From Vicugna vicugna (taxonomy: Eukaryota), in assembly GCA_013265495.1 (NCBI GenBank), contig MU057416.1, forward strand, positions 924,545 through 988,544: a DNA stretch of 64,000 nucleotides, written 5' to 3'. The notes below the pieces were generated by a model. It was not told the origin of the DNA. It was given only the letters and a program-made list of their open reading frames with translations, and did not search any database. Position 1 is the stretch's first letter. Each line of letters opens with the position of its first letter. Positions 12,051 through 24,341 of the stretch are shown here, in pieces. A program made the translations under genes and the position numbers.

Positions 12051-14959
12051 CTTATCGGACTTCCTTACACAATAACTATACGTTATTCTATAAAGAATCT
12101 CTAAGGACCTCGGCGTCCTGTAACTTTTAATGTTTATTTAATGTTCGACACAATTTTGCTCCACCAGCGTTTTCCTTCACTCCTCATTAGCGTATGTTTA
12201 CATGCTGCTCTAATAGAAAATGAAAGTTCAATCCAACATGTATCTTCAGATATTCCCAGCAAGCTCCACTCTTCAAAAGAATGAAATGAATAAAATACGC
12301 ATGTTCGCTCTGCATACGTATATGAAAGTAAACTTAAGAAGCCTGTTTCATCTGCAAACACGTTTGCTTTGTGGTCCACGGGAGAATCTGTCTGCCGACG
12401 CACTGACACCACAGGCTGGACACTAACCAGGTGCTCAGCTGCACAGCACCGGCCCGGGCGGGCCTGGGCACTGGTGCCCCGCACACTCCGGGCAGAGCCG
12501 GCGCACACGGGCCCAGGGCCTGGCGTAGCTTTGAGGATCCCACTGAGCCTAAACGGCCTGATACAAAATTGCTCACAGAATCTGCTTGAGTTGCACTTTG
12601 GAAATTCGTTGTTTTTAGAAGTTGTAAAGTATTCATAAAAGCTGAAAAGATGTGCAGAAATTTGCATTGATGGATGTTTCTTTCCCCTCCGTCAGGAAGC
12701 TGTGTACTTGAGACTCATTACAGGCCTTCCCGGGAACTGGGCTGAGCGTGCCTTGGGCTTTGTGCTCATCGGCACACACTGAGCTGACTGCATAATTCAT
12801 CTCTCTGGTGTCACGTCTAATACATAACATGTATTTCCCGTTAATTATGAAAATAAAAACACATCATATATTCTAAGGGCGTAATTACAAAAATGCTGCA
12901 CAAAGTTCTAAGTCTGAAGTCTGTTCGCTGATTCCTCTTTTAAACATTTAAGAGTAAGAGTCATTTTCTCCTGTTTTTCTAAAATCCATTTCGCAGGGCT
13001 TCCTCTTCCTTCCACCTGACTCTGCAGAATGATATAGAGGCCGCATCCCGTAGGAAACAGGAAACAAGAGAGACAGAGGAGTGACCGACTCCATCGTTCT
13101 GAAACATTTAGACAAATAAATAAAATGAACTCAGGACTTCCCAGGACAGAACCGAGACTGTTCTCTGGGTATGGAGACCAAAGCAATTCACTGATTCGTG
13201 ATGAATTATTTTTTTTTCTCTTTTAGAGACATAATTTTTTAATATGCTTCTAGTCCATGGAAAAACAAAATTCCACCAAGGCCCCGATCCCACAAGCCTC
13301 CTGCAGTCAAAGCTCTCTCGGATAACATCTCTCTCCATAAAGAGGAAACGCATCGTGTAATTAACATTCTAACTACTTAATAATTATAATTTGGCTCGAG
13401 AGGACTTTTTAAGTGTCATGGAGGGGTCATAAATCTTGAAGTGCATGTGAAGTTGCAAGCCGGGTCCTGGTCTACGCTTTCACACCGGCATGAGATACGT
13501 GCTTTGGCTGTGTGAGGCAGCCGGCCCTCTTTGGTTGCTAATTAAACAGGCACATATTAAAAATGAATTAGCTGCACGATGAATATTGCATACTTGTCAC
13601 AGGTAGTTGCTGTGGCGCTTTTCCCTCAACTCACAGAAGAGAAGCTTCTTGTTTTTAAACTTCGGTGGGTTAACATGACTCACTGCTCAAGCAGCAGCTG
13701 GACTGCTCGACGGCTGTCATCAGACACGCCCTCTCCCACGGAGCAGACTGTCCACGAAGACAGACTCTGAGTTCCCTCAAGTGACTGTTCCACCAAAACC
13801 CCATCAAAGAAGAGAGTGACTTGTCTACTCACGCATATAACATTCATACACCTATTCACTCGCTGACTTGTTAATCTGCCTACAAGTGCCATCAGGAACT
13901 AGCATGTCTGTAAGGACGAATAAAAAAATTTATTTGCAGAAATGGCAAATGGGTTTTATCTGGCCAATCACTTCTACTCTCTTGGCATCAAGTGCCTACC
14001 ACGTTCATATGAACTCAGCATATGTTAGCAATGATGATAGCTGTTATTGTAATAATCAGGGTCCATAAATGAAAAAGATGGTGAACTGTGGGTCAACTAT
14101 TTTCAGACCTCGAATAAAGCATTTCAGATGCTATCTCAGAAGCTGGTACAATGTACAGCAGAGGTGCCAAAAAGAGAATAACCCACTCCCCGTATGGGGT
14201 CACAGAGAGGAGGCCACGGGAAAGGGTCTCGTGGGGGGTTGAGACGACCCAGAAGAATCCGAGTAGAGGGACTAGCGAGCAGTGTAAGACCTGGAACAGG
14301 AGCTGAGGACGGGTTTGGGCTTGAGATGAAGATTTGTAAGTTACCAGCATCAGATTCTTGAAAGGCGTTTCCTAGGCGGGTCAGGCTGGAAAGACATCCC
14401 AGGGCAAAGCCAGTAACTTGAGCAGAAGAACACCTTCCTAACTTACTCTCCAGGTCGTCACAACAGGAGCGTCAGATGTCCCTTCCTGGGCGATGAGAGG
14501 CAGATGGTAAAGCACTAGAAACCTGTCTGTCTAGAAGGAAACATTCAACTAGCATTTCATCGATTTGTATTTCTCAGACACAAAATATGTCACCAGACTT
14601 ACATCTTTGGGTATGTATATTATACATCTACATACTTCAGCACTCCTAATTGTTAACTTAAACAGGTATGAAATCCTATTACTCACTAAATGATCTGAAG
14701 TAAATGTTTCTTTTTTATCCAATTGTAATTGCTTCTTGGTGACCCTTGCAAACTAAATACATATTTGAGCTAATAACTGCAGTGTGTTACCTCCATTCAA
14801 TGATGAAAAAACTTGAATGATAATTTAATAAAGCTTTTCAAATTTACTTGTATACTTAGGGTTTTCTAAGTAACACATTCTTGAATATATGTAGGACAGA
14901 TACACGGACTTTCAAGGGTTTGCTTAAATGTGTCAAGGCAGAGTTGAAAACAACCCAGT

Positions 14960-15107
14960 TGAGGGGTTTTTATCAGACAAAACTGACTTCAAAGCCTGGG
15001 CAAACTGCTTAACGTTCCCGAACATCTGCTTCTTCTCAATTGAAAAAATAGGATGTAGAGAGGAAAAAACAAGATGAAGCATGTGCAGCATGAAAATGCT
15101 AATAAAT
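14960..15107 (+). mobile_element. MIR SINE fragment
   Basis: cctgggcaaactgcttaacgttcccgaacatctgcttcttctc resembles the MIR core. Confidence 0.5.
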
Positions 15108-17542
15108 CGTGGCTGTGCTATCGCTGGAGCGAGTTATCACGGAACGGTGTATACAGTTTGTACAAGAAGCCCCGAACGCCATGCTGAAGTCATGCAGTTA
15201 AATGCTCACATTTAAAGGCGGCCCCCATTAGAACCTATATCATGTAGTTCCTTTTAAGAAATTACAAGCGAGTGATGTAACACATAAAGGATATCAAAGC
15301 CAATTTGCATCAGGGAAGCAACTAGTGTACGCCACACGGTCCAGCAGAGTTCTGGTCTACCAGCAGTTTACAGGTGATGACTTCTGCAACGTAGGAAAAA
15401 CATTAAAGAACCTACCTTTTTTTAACTTTCCTTTTTAAAGAGCAATTCTTTCTCTAAATGATTTTAAAAGTTGTGAAATTATTTAATTGAATGAAATAGT
15501 GAATTTTAAGCAGCTTCCAATATTTGCTGAAAAACAAGTCTCTCTTTGACTCCAAGAGTTTTCTCCGTGTAAGTTATTTTTAAGCCCCTAGCCTGAGACG
15601 CACTCACATTAGTCAAACGGGAGACTGATGGCCGTTCGGAACATCCCAGTTTGTCCTCGGGATCGGACCCTCTCTCCCCTCTTACCCCTTTCCTCCTCCT
15701 TCCTGCAAAGACTTACTTGCGCCTGTCTCCTGCTTTCCTGTGACTGATCTTGCAGGGCCTGTGGTTTCACATTCATTAAGGCCGGGCCGGGCCGGGCCGG
15801 GCGCAGAGCCGGCTGAAGACGCGGGAACTTGGCCGCGTGCTTTCTGGAGGAACTGGGGTTGGGGTTGCTTTTGTTCTGCCGCAGCCGGATCGGGGGACTT
15901 GCTCCACGCGTCACTGACCCTAACCCTAACTTGCTCGACTGGCCACTAACCCTAGCCTCCCCCGTTAATGTTCTGGCTCACTTTCACAAACACTTTTGAG
16001 TATTCCCTTACGGAAAGCTGCCCTCAAGCTTTTGAACTTCAAACCCCTCACTGCCTGGATGGGGTGAGAACTGTCCTGAGACCAAAGGGAAGGACAAAAG
16101 GTCACCCCCTGAGCTCAGCTCCGGCACGTACCCCCCTGCTTGCCCCTCCCCTCCGCAGCCACAACCTGTTCATCTTTCTACCTCAGATCCACCATGTCTG
16201 AGGACACCTGACTGGACGTCTTTTAAACCTAGCCTGGCTTGGTCTCTTCTTATCATTATACGTAATAATTTTCATTCCCGATTTTTTTTTTCAAAACTGT
16301 TCAGCAACCTTATTTCTTATGAATTTAGCTTCACAAAATCAGACACTTAAAATAAGGAGAATCATGGAGCACAAGAGAGCCCGGACTCTCCCCGGACTCC
16401 GAGGAAGCGACTGTCTGCTGGCGTTACACCCCTTTCCTGGACTCTCTCCTTTTGTTGTGCCTTTTCCTTTCAAGGCCTGACGCAGCACTCAGCATCAGGG
16501 GCCCGAGACAGACACACAAGATGCAAACCTAAGGGGAGTTACCTTTGAACGGCACAGGGCACCTGCTCCCATGAGGAATTCAAAGCGGCCTGTTCATTCA
16601 TAAATTCAGAATCCCCAGACTGTATCATTCAGAGACTCACCCACGACATAAAGCTGTTGTAAGTTTAACATTCACAGAGCAGAGGCTAGAACTCGGACTG
16701 CCCCGTGGACTTTACCCAGGGTCGAGAAACTCAGAGAATTCTTAATCTTTAAGAAATATTTTTAAAAAGGAGAACTGTAGACCTTCAGAGTAAAGGGCAT
16801 TTAAAGTTATAAGGTTACACGTTCAATCAGCCAGGACTTTTTGATCCCAAAGGCTTAACCAGAGTGGACTGAATGCCCTGATATCCCACATGTGGGAATC
16901 CTGGTTGTCCCGGCATTTAACATCCCTGTAAACTTCCTTCTAGAGCAAGACCTGCATTTTAACCAAAGGACTTTTGTGGGATTTCAGGAGAGAAAAAGGA
17001 GATGTGTGATGCACTATGAAGTTCTCTCAAGGAAAAACCGAGAGGTTGGCTCCACGCTAAGTTCTTTGTGTTGATCTGTAAGTGATGGAGGTAAAGTTTT
17101 TCTCTCCTTCACTGCCCACGTGGATCAGGAAACCCCAGCTCACACTTCCCCACGAAATTCCAGGAAGACTTCCGGACCTACAGATCACTAGTAACCAGCC
17201 CTTTGTTACACCTGGGCTTTTCCATCCTCCCTTCTCAGTAACGCCTGATACGCAGCCTCCGAACAGCAGAGCCTCCCCACCCCACCTCGCACCACCACCA
17301 CGGACTTCACGGCGTGGGGCTGGGGGCATCGGTGCGGGAACGTCACGGCAAATCAGCCAGGCTTCTGCTGTAACAAAACGCAAGCGGATGACCTCTTACA
17401 GAGAGCGAGGCCAGTGCGTTCACCCAAGGTCTGAAGTTTACAGATGAATTCGAGCAGGACTTAGAAACTGGGACCGGAACTAGGCGGGAGGCAGCAGGAA
17501 CCAAGTGCTAACTGGATTGGAAGGTTCGACAGGACCACTAAT

Positions 17543-17682
17543 GGGGAGGGCAGAGCTCAGAGGGAGAGCGCGTGCTCAGCGTGCACAAGGTCCTGGGTTC
17601 AATCCCCAGCTCCTCCACTAAAAATTAAAAATAGTAATAATAATAAAATAAGGACACCTCCCCAAACAAAAAAATAAAAATT
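17543..17682 (+). mobile_element. tRNA-Ala-derived SINE (vic-1-like)
   Basis: ggggagggcagagctcag...gtcctgggttcaatccccagc (B-box) plus A-rich tail; homologous to the other copies in the window. Confidence 0.9.
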
Positions 17683-18892
17683 CAGAAAAACAAGACCTCT
17701 AGACATCAGTTAGCCTTTTTCTTCCGAGGACTGTTTTTAGAATAAAATTCAACCATCTGGGGGTTGCTTCAATGAGCTTTGCTCTTCAACACCTTAAAAA
17801 AAATAAGTAACAGTTACTAATTGGAAGTGTAATTCAAGCGCTCTTTAAATTCTTCCCAGAACTAACGAGGGCACGCAGAACACACAGGTGCCCAGAGGGA
17901 GGCATCTGAACACAGCTGGTAAACAAGTTCACGACATGCACAAGAACGGCCACGGGGGCCACCTGCGAGGAGACTGGGAGGCCTTCACGCCCCGAGCAAG
18001 ATCAGAACGTTCTGCCGCAGACCCGCAGCTCTGCGGTGATCGTAGACCAACCCCCAGCGCCTGCGTGAACAGCTTGTCTCATTTTTCTCTTCAATTACAT
18101 CTTGTGACGGCTGAATATTCGTCTTGCCCCCTTTTAAAGGGGAAAATGTCTCTTTGTCTGTCATTCAGAGTTTGTATAAATTCTTTTAATTTCAAGCAGA
18201 TTCATCCAATAACGTGCCCCTACCCTGACGACCTCTGGGTTGCCCGCAGCCCCTACGACCAGGACGCAGGGTGACAGCAAGGGACCTTGGGCTCACTGAG
18301 TGTTTTATGAGCGCTCTCATTTCCAGAAAAAGTATAAATTCGTTTTCCAGACCCACTCCCTCTCTACACGTGTCCGTGATGAAAGAGGCAGGTGCTCTTT
18401 TATCTCACTGAGAGCTTTGTTTTAGAGAAGATACAGAAAACAGAAGACGATCTGTAACAATGAATTTAATGCTTCCGATATTAAATTACAAGTCCGCGAA
18501 CCTCAGATGACCTAAAACGAACGTGGCCACGAAGATACAGTATTCATTTCCCCCTGACGGCAGAGTCTCTACATATGAAAGAAGCGGTTTTTTTCCTCTT
18601 TATTAGCTCCTAATAACTGACTTTCTCACTGAGAATGTAAGAACCACTAACTCTGGTGAGTTCCCCTCTCTCGTAATCATTAAGTTTTCCGCCCCTCTTT
18701 CCCCCCATTGCTCCATGTATAAATCTCTTTGTCCCCAGCAGAGATGTGGGAGAGGCTCTGGGACACCCGCAAAGCGAGTTACCTAACAGGGCACACAGAA
18801 GAGGCGGGTGACAAAGCAGAACAGAGTCAGACAGGAGCATCAGAAAGAACAGCTTAAAGACGTAACTTTGGCTTTGGACCCAAACCATAATA

Positions 18893-19060
18893 AGAGAGGG
18901 AAGGAAGGAAGGAAGGAGGGAAGGAGGGAAGGAGGCAAGGAGGGAAGGAAGGAAGGAAGGAAGGAAGGAAGGAAGGAAGGAAGGAAGGAAAGGGAAGGGA
19001 AGGGAAGGGAAGGGAAGGGAGAGAGACAGAAAGAAAGAAAGAAGGACAGAAAGAAAGAAA
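18893..19060. repeat. Polypurine (GGAA)n/(GGGAA)n/(GAAA)n microsatellite
   Basis: ~165 bp almost entirely purine, read directly. Confidence 0.95.
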
Positions 19061-20684
19061 TCTCATCTACAACTTAAACTATGCATGCAGACCACTTTTC
19101 AAGTGCTTGCTTAAGCTCCTTGACGCCTTAAAAGGATTTTCCGACGTAGAATTTTCATTACTCTTAAATGGTTTGAATAATGAAAACTATTTCTCTGAAA
19201 GCCCTCTGAATTTGTGAGCACACAGCATCATCCCCCGCCTGGCCCTGATCAGAGCCGTCGGGCAGACTCGGGCTGCGTGTCAGCGCGTGGATCATCTGTT
19301 TTACGATTTACTTAATTCAACGTAGTACCTCCCTCTGCTGCTTACGCACCAGCACTATTGATCTGCCCTTTCCCAAAGCAGGTAATCCAGATCCGGATCG
19401 AACCTGTCTCTGCCAGTAACAGTCTCTCTGGGAGACGGTTCTATTTAGAACGTTTCAGGGGCCGCCTAGTTATCTGCTCATTGTTAGGGACGGTGGGCGA
19501 GGCCGAGGCAGACAAGCAGCCTCAGCTGGCCGCTGGAAGGACGGCCAGGGCTGGTATTATTAAAAGGATAGACGATATATTCTATGCCCTATGGAAAAGA
19601 GTTGGATACTACATCTTGACCCAGAACTTATTAAAAAATCCATTACCTTTTTAATTCAATTTCATAATACCCTTTGGAATTTCAATTTAGGCATTTCTTA
19701 CCAAAATAATAGGCAGCTTTACTACCGGACACAGGAAATAGAGTCTCTCCCACTGACAATTCTAACATGACGGTTACTAATTTATTATTGACAAATTCAT
19801 ATTCTTACTCTTTGAAAAAAAAATGGTGGAGAGGTGCATATCTTTTTCTCCGAAGGAGATCTGAGGTGAACTTGGCCGTTTTCCTTGTGTTAATCCTACA
19901 GTGGGGCACAAATTCTAGTTTATTGGACTGTTCGTCTTTGTCTGACAAGACCGAGATCAGCCCCTCCAGGTGCTCAGGAGATCTGCACCCCGTGGACTTT
20001 GAAAACAGCAGTACACAGTGGAAGAGAACAGACAGCAATGTTCTCGCAGTCTGGGGTCATCATTCACTCACAACATCGAAGGTGGCGCGTGGCCACGGCA
20101 GAACCACTGGCTGCCTCTGGTGGCCGGGAGCCAACACCTGCTCCCCTCCTTCCGACGCACATGCAAGACAAACACGTGCCCCGTGAAACGACACCACCGG
20201 CTCCTTCTTCCCCTGCTCTGGGGCAATCAACCGCTCTGAGCATCCTCCGGCCTCTGGAACCAGGTCCCCCTCGGGCCTCCCTCCCACAATGTTCCTGAGT
20301 CTTGCAGGTGCCTTGTGGAAATGCTAACACAGCTGAGCTTCCTCCCGGCTGTGGCTAAAAGCAACTGAAGGCCAGGCGGTGCCCCCGCTCCGGCTAGTGA
20401 AGGTCTTTTCCAGCTGGTTCCTCAGCCATCTTTTAAAATAATCTACCAGCAGAAAACTGTTTGAGTAGTGGGTGCTTCAATGATTGTTCTAACTGACCCA
20501 AGGAACAAGTGCCTGGTAACACCAGCTTTGAGCGTTGCTTCCTTAATCTGGGCCTCAGAATCGACGCGTATCTCATGGGTGGAGCGTGACTGCAATTCGG
20601 GGCACAGCCTGAAAGGCTTTCAAGGGCTTCGATCCGCCACAAGCGTATCACTATTCAGCAGGACGCGTAAGATAGCAGGTGCGG

Positions 20685-20980
20685 GCACCGCTGACCCCGG
20701 GCCCCTACTTTACCCTCCCACACCCCTGTCCCCTTTGGTGGCCGTCGGTTTGTTCTCTACGTCCGAGAGTCTGTTTCTGCTTTGTTAAGTTCATTGTGCC
20801 ATTTTTTTAGATTCCACGTATAAATGATATCATACGGTATTTGTCTCTGTCTGACTTACTTCACTTAGTAAAGAATACGAAAAAAATACATATGTGTAAC
20901 AATCAAAATACTGTACCCCAGAAACTAGCAAAACGTAAATCAACTCTACTTCAGTTTAACAACAACAACAAAAAAAAAAC
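20685..20980. mobile_element. 5'-inverted (twin-primed) L1 insertion
   Basis: Antisense L1 3' UTR piece 20685-20870 joined to sense L1 terminus 20871-20980 with an A tail; degenerate TSD agcaggtgcgg / agcaggtacag. Confidence 0.8.
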
Positions 20981-21732
20981 ACCAGCAGGTACAGCTCAAC
21001 GGGGATTCTAGAAAATACGTAAATTATCATTTAAACACCTCGACGTGTCTGTCAGAAGAGAAACACCGGAGGCAGGCAGTTCTACATTTGAGGAACACGA
21101 TGTTCAGCGCCTTTCCATTTCTGGGCTCTTTCTGACCGCTCAGCGCCCTTTCTTTCTGTTTTAACCCCAGCCCTTCCCAGGAGGGACGCGTGGAGAAAAC
21201 AAGTCCATTTAGCCCGAGAGCCCCCGCAGCGGGCGGGAGCCGCGTGGCCAGTCGGCGCTCAGGGACACGCCAGCCTGGCTCAAAGGTGCGCCATCCAAAC
21301 GATGGAAAAGGCAGAGAGCACCTGACGGGCGCGGGTCAGAGAGGCCAGGAGAGGTTCCAGAGCCGGAAGGCAGCCTTTTTTATTAAACAAATATGCGGCA
21401 CTACCCACCCAGCGCAGAGGAAAAAGCATTCAGCCGCAGATTTCTGTGTCCTGGAATTTAACCTGTGCTTTGGGATTCAGAAAGCTGATAAAAGGCGAAT
21501 GATCAGCACCAGCTGCGGTGCTGCAAACCGCTCTAAAAATGGATCCTCACAGCAGCTAAAATGCTAAGTCCAGCAGAGCTATGTGAGCAGCTTAACTGGT
21601 AAATTGGTACATGCAGTGAAAGTCAGACATACTCATAGATAGGGACAAAGAATATTTGGAAACGAAAATCTAATTCAAAGAGATTTCTTGAGCATCCTTT
21701 CACAAAGCGTCCGGCAAGACCACACGCTTCAG

Positions 21733-21760
21733 GCTGAGTCATGATTTCTGCTGAGTCATG
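21733..21760. promoter_or_regulatory. Tandem AP-1/NF-E2(NRF2-MAF) sites
   Basis: GCTGAGTCATG twice at a 17-bp offset; the second is a perfect TGCTGAGTCAT (21749-21759). Confidence 0.5.
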
Positions 21761-21952
21761 TTATGAAGACCGGATTCTAGGGTTTCCTGCTGCCAAGCCC
21801 CAGGAGCCCTGGCCCAGCTCCTGTGCACATGGCAACCCGAGGGCCACGGCAAGGAGCCGACTGCCGTGCCAGGGGCTGAGAGACAGTCAGAGCCATAGCT
21901 AACTGCCCTCCAGTGTTACTGGGTACCCAGAGCTTTTGTGTGTGTGTGTGTC

Positions 21953-22745
21953 TTTTTTTTCCCCTTTTATTTATTTTTATTTTTTAATTTTTAAAAAAAT
22001 TTTTATTGAAGTGTAGCTGATTTACAATGTTAGTTTCAGGTGTACAGCAAAGTGATTCAATTACACATATACGTACATATGTATTTTCTTTTCAGATTCT
22101 TTTCCATTACATGTTATTACAAGAAATTGAATATAGTTCCCTGTGCTCTACAGTAGGTCCTTGTTTATTTTATATACAGCAGTGTGTGTCTGTTAATACC
22201 CAACCCCTAATTTATCCCTCCCCGCCCTTTCCCCTTTGGTAACTATAGTTTGTTTTCTATGCCTGTGAGTCCATTTCTGATTTGTAAGTAAGTTCATTTG
22301 TATTATATTTTTTAGATTCCACATACAAGTGGTATCATATGGTATTTGTCTTTCTCTGTCTGACTTACTTAGTACGATAATCTCTAGGTCCATCCATGTT
22401 GCTGCAAATGGTATTATTTCATTCTTTTTTATGGCTGAGCAATATTCCATTGTCTGTGTGTGTGTGTGTGCGTGTGTGCGTGTGTGTGTGTGTACACCAC
22501 ATCTTCTTTATCCAGTCATCTGTCAGTGGACACTCAGGTTGCTTCCATGTCTTGGCTGCTGTAAATAGTGCTGCTGTGAACACTGGGGCGCATGTGTCTT
22601 TCTGAGTTATACTCTTCTCTGGGTGTGTGCCCAGGAGACGGACTGCTGGATCATAGGTAAGTCTAGTTTTAGTTTTTTAGGGAACCTCCACACTGTCCTC
22701 CATAGCGGCTGCACCAAGTTACATTCCCACCAGCAGTGCAGGAGA
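21953..22745 (-). mobile_element. Cetartiodactyl-type L1 3' fragment containing (TG)n at 22455-22492
   Basis: T-rich tail then ttttattgaagtgtagctgatttacaatg...ttacattcccaccagcagtgca; reverse-frame peptide [16 protein letters not shown] is the L1 ORF2 C-terminus. Confidence 0.92.
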
Positions 22746-22759
22746 GTCTGGACCTTTTT

Positions 22760-22977
22760 TAAGCACTTCATATATATTGGCTCACTCAACCTTCCTAACA
22801 GCTCCACGAGGTATGTATTTTTATTTTCTTTTTCTCCCCTTTTCCTCCCAATAAGGAGATGAACCTCCCATAGTTTCGGCGACTCGCCCATTTAAACAAC
22901 GAGTAAGAAACAAAGCCGGGGTTCAGCCCCAGGCAGGATGTCCCGGAGTCTGTGGTCTGTCCCCCATACTGTGCTGT
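22760..22977 (-). mobile_element. MIR SINE
   Basis: aagcacttcatatatattggctcactcaacc...aagccggggttcagccccaggcag matches reverse-complement MIR. Confidence 0.7.
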
Positions 22978-24341
22978 TTCTGAAATTTGTCGCAACTTTT
23001 TAATATAGCGATTTTGTCTCTGGAAGTCAAAGAACAACAAGGATCATGTTTCTTAGTTCTACAGACTCATCCCCAATGCTATTTTTCATGGAAATTAATA
23101 ATTAAATGGTTTACTTCATTGACAAATATTCACTAGTATACATTCACGAGAAATCAAATTACTAACATGTTTTCTCTAAAATAAATTTTAAACACTGTAT
23201 GAAATGTGCATGCAGTGAGTAAATCCAGACAACAAATGTGCATAATGAGCCAAAAGTAAATTAAGTAACATTTAATCCATTTGTTTGGGTCAAAATATGG
23301 TTCTGCATAATTTACCAAAATGATGGAAGAAATGGAAAACAGAACAGAAAATTGGCCTTTATCCTCTGATAAAACATTATGTTTTCCTCTTTCCTCTAGT
23401 CCAATCTGAGGTTATGTATCAAGCATCCCCCATAATTTATAAGCAGTGTACTTTCTGTTCCTGAAAACTATTCTGATGTTCAGCCTGCCTACAACTTTAT
23501 TCCTTTAACCACTTCTCCTCCAGAGCTAGCACGAGCAGACTGCCTTTTTGGTACTGAATACAATAAACAGTTACCATCACCTACCAGTGTCACCAGTTTT
23601 CAGGCATCCCTGGATAAGACAGAAGTAAGTCCAAGCTGCCGCTTGTTTACAGTTGCTCTTCTATGATGATCTGGATACTAAATGGTTCATGACACAACTT
23701 GGATGTTGAATGGTTCGTGGAAAAAATATTGTAAAATAAAATTTCTGCCTCGATTAATGAAGTATTCTGATAGGATAATTTGAACGCAAATGTATTAACC
23801 ATTAAACCAACTTATCGAGACAGTTCATGAAACTGAAGACACACAGACCCAGCTACAAAATTATTTTATTTACTATTAGTATTAGGACAGAGTCTGGGAA
23901 AGCAGATTCTTTTTTAAAAGACAGTTCACGGTGACATGTACCATGTGATGCCAGTTGTGATCAAGTATGAATTCATTAGTTCACACACGTATTTTCACTA
24001 GACTTCCTTCATCTGAGAAGGCGCAGAGGAAGGAAATTACTGATTCTTCCTCCTCACGTGACATGAAACGCAGACCAGCTACCTGAAGGGCTGAGTACGC
24101 TGTGCTCCTTACTTCCTGTGATGTAAGTCAACTGCGCAAAGCACCTGAAGGAGTTGTGCTGGTGTGTTCAATACCCTGCATCCTGGGACACTACGTAATT
24201 GAAGGACAGAAAGAGAGAGGAAACGAGGTGTGAAAGTCCCACGTGATGTCGTCGTGCCACTTGAGTCGTTACGCAAAGCAGAGGGAATGAGCACTGCTGG
24301 TTGTGCTGCTGCAGCAGGCGTTCTTAAAACTAGTTTCTCCT

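Noticed and set aside
15917..15955. Interstitial telomeric repeat (ccctaa)
   Set aside because: Only 2-3 scattered units, compatible with chance.
24113..24190. Minus-strand exon-like block (also similar at ~31425-31530 and ~25667-25780)
   Set aside because: Splice-like dinucleotides are present, but the translations are unrecognised or contain stops and no consistent gene model emerged.
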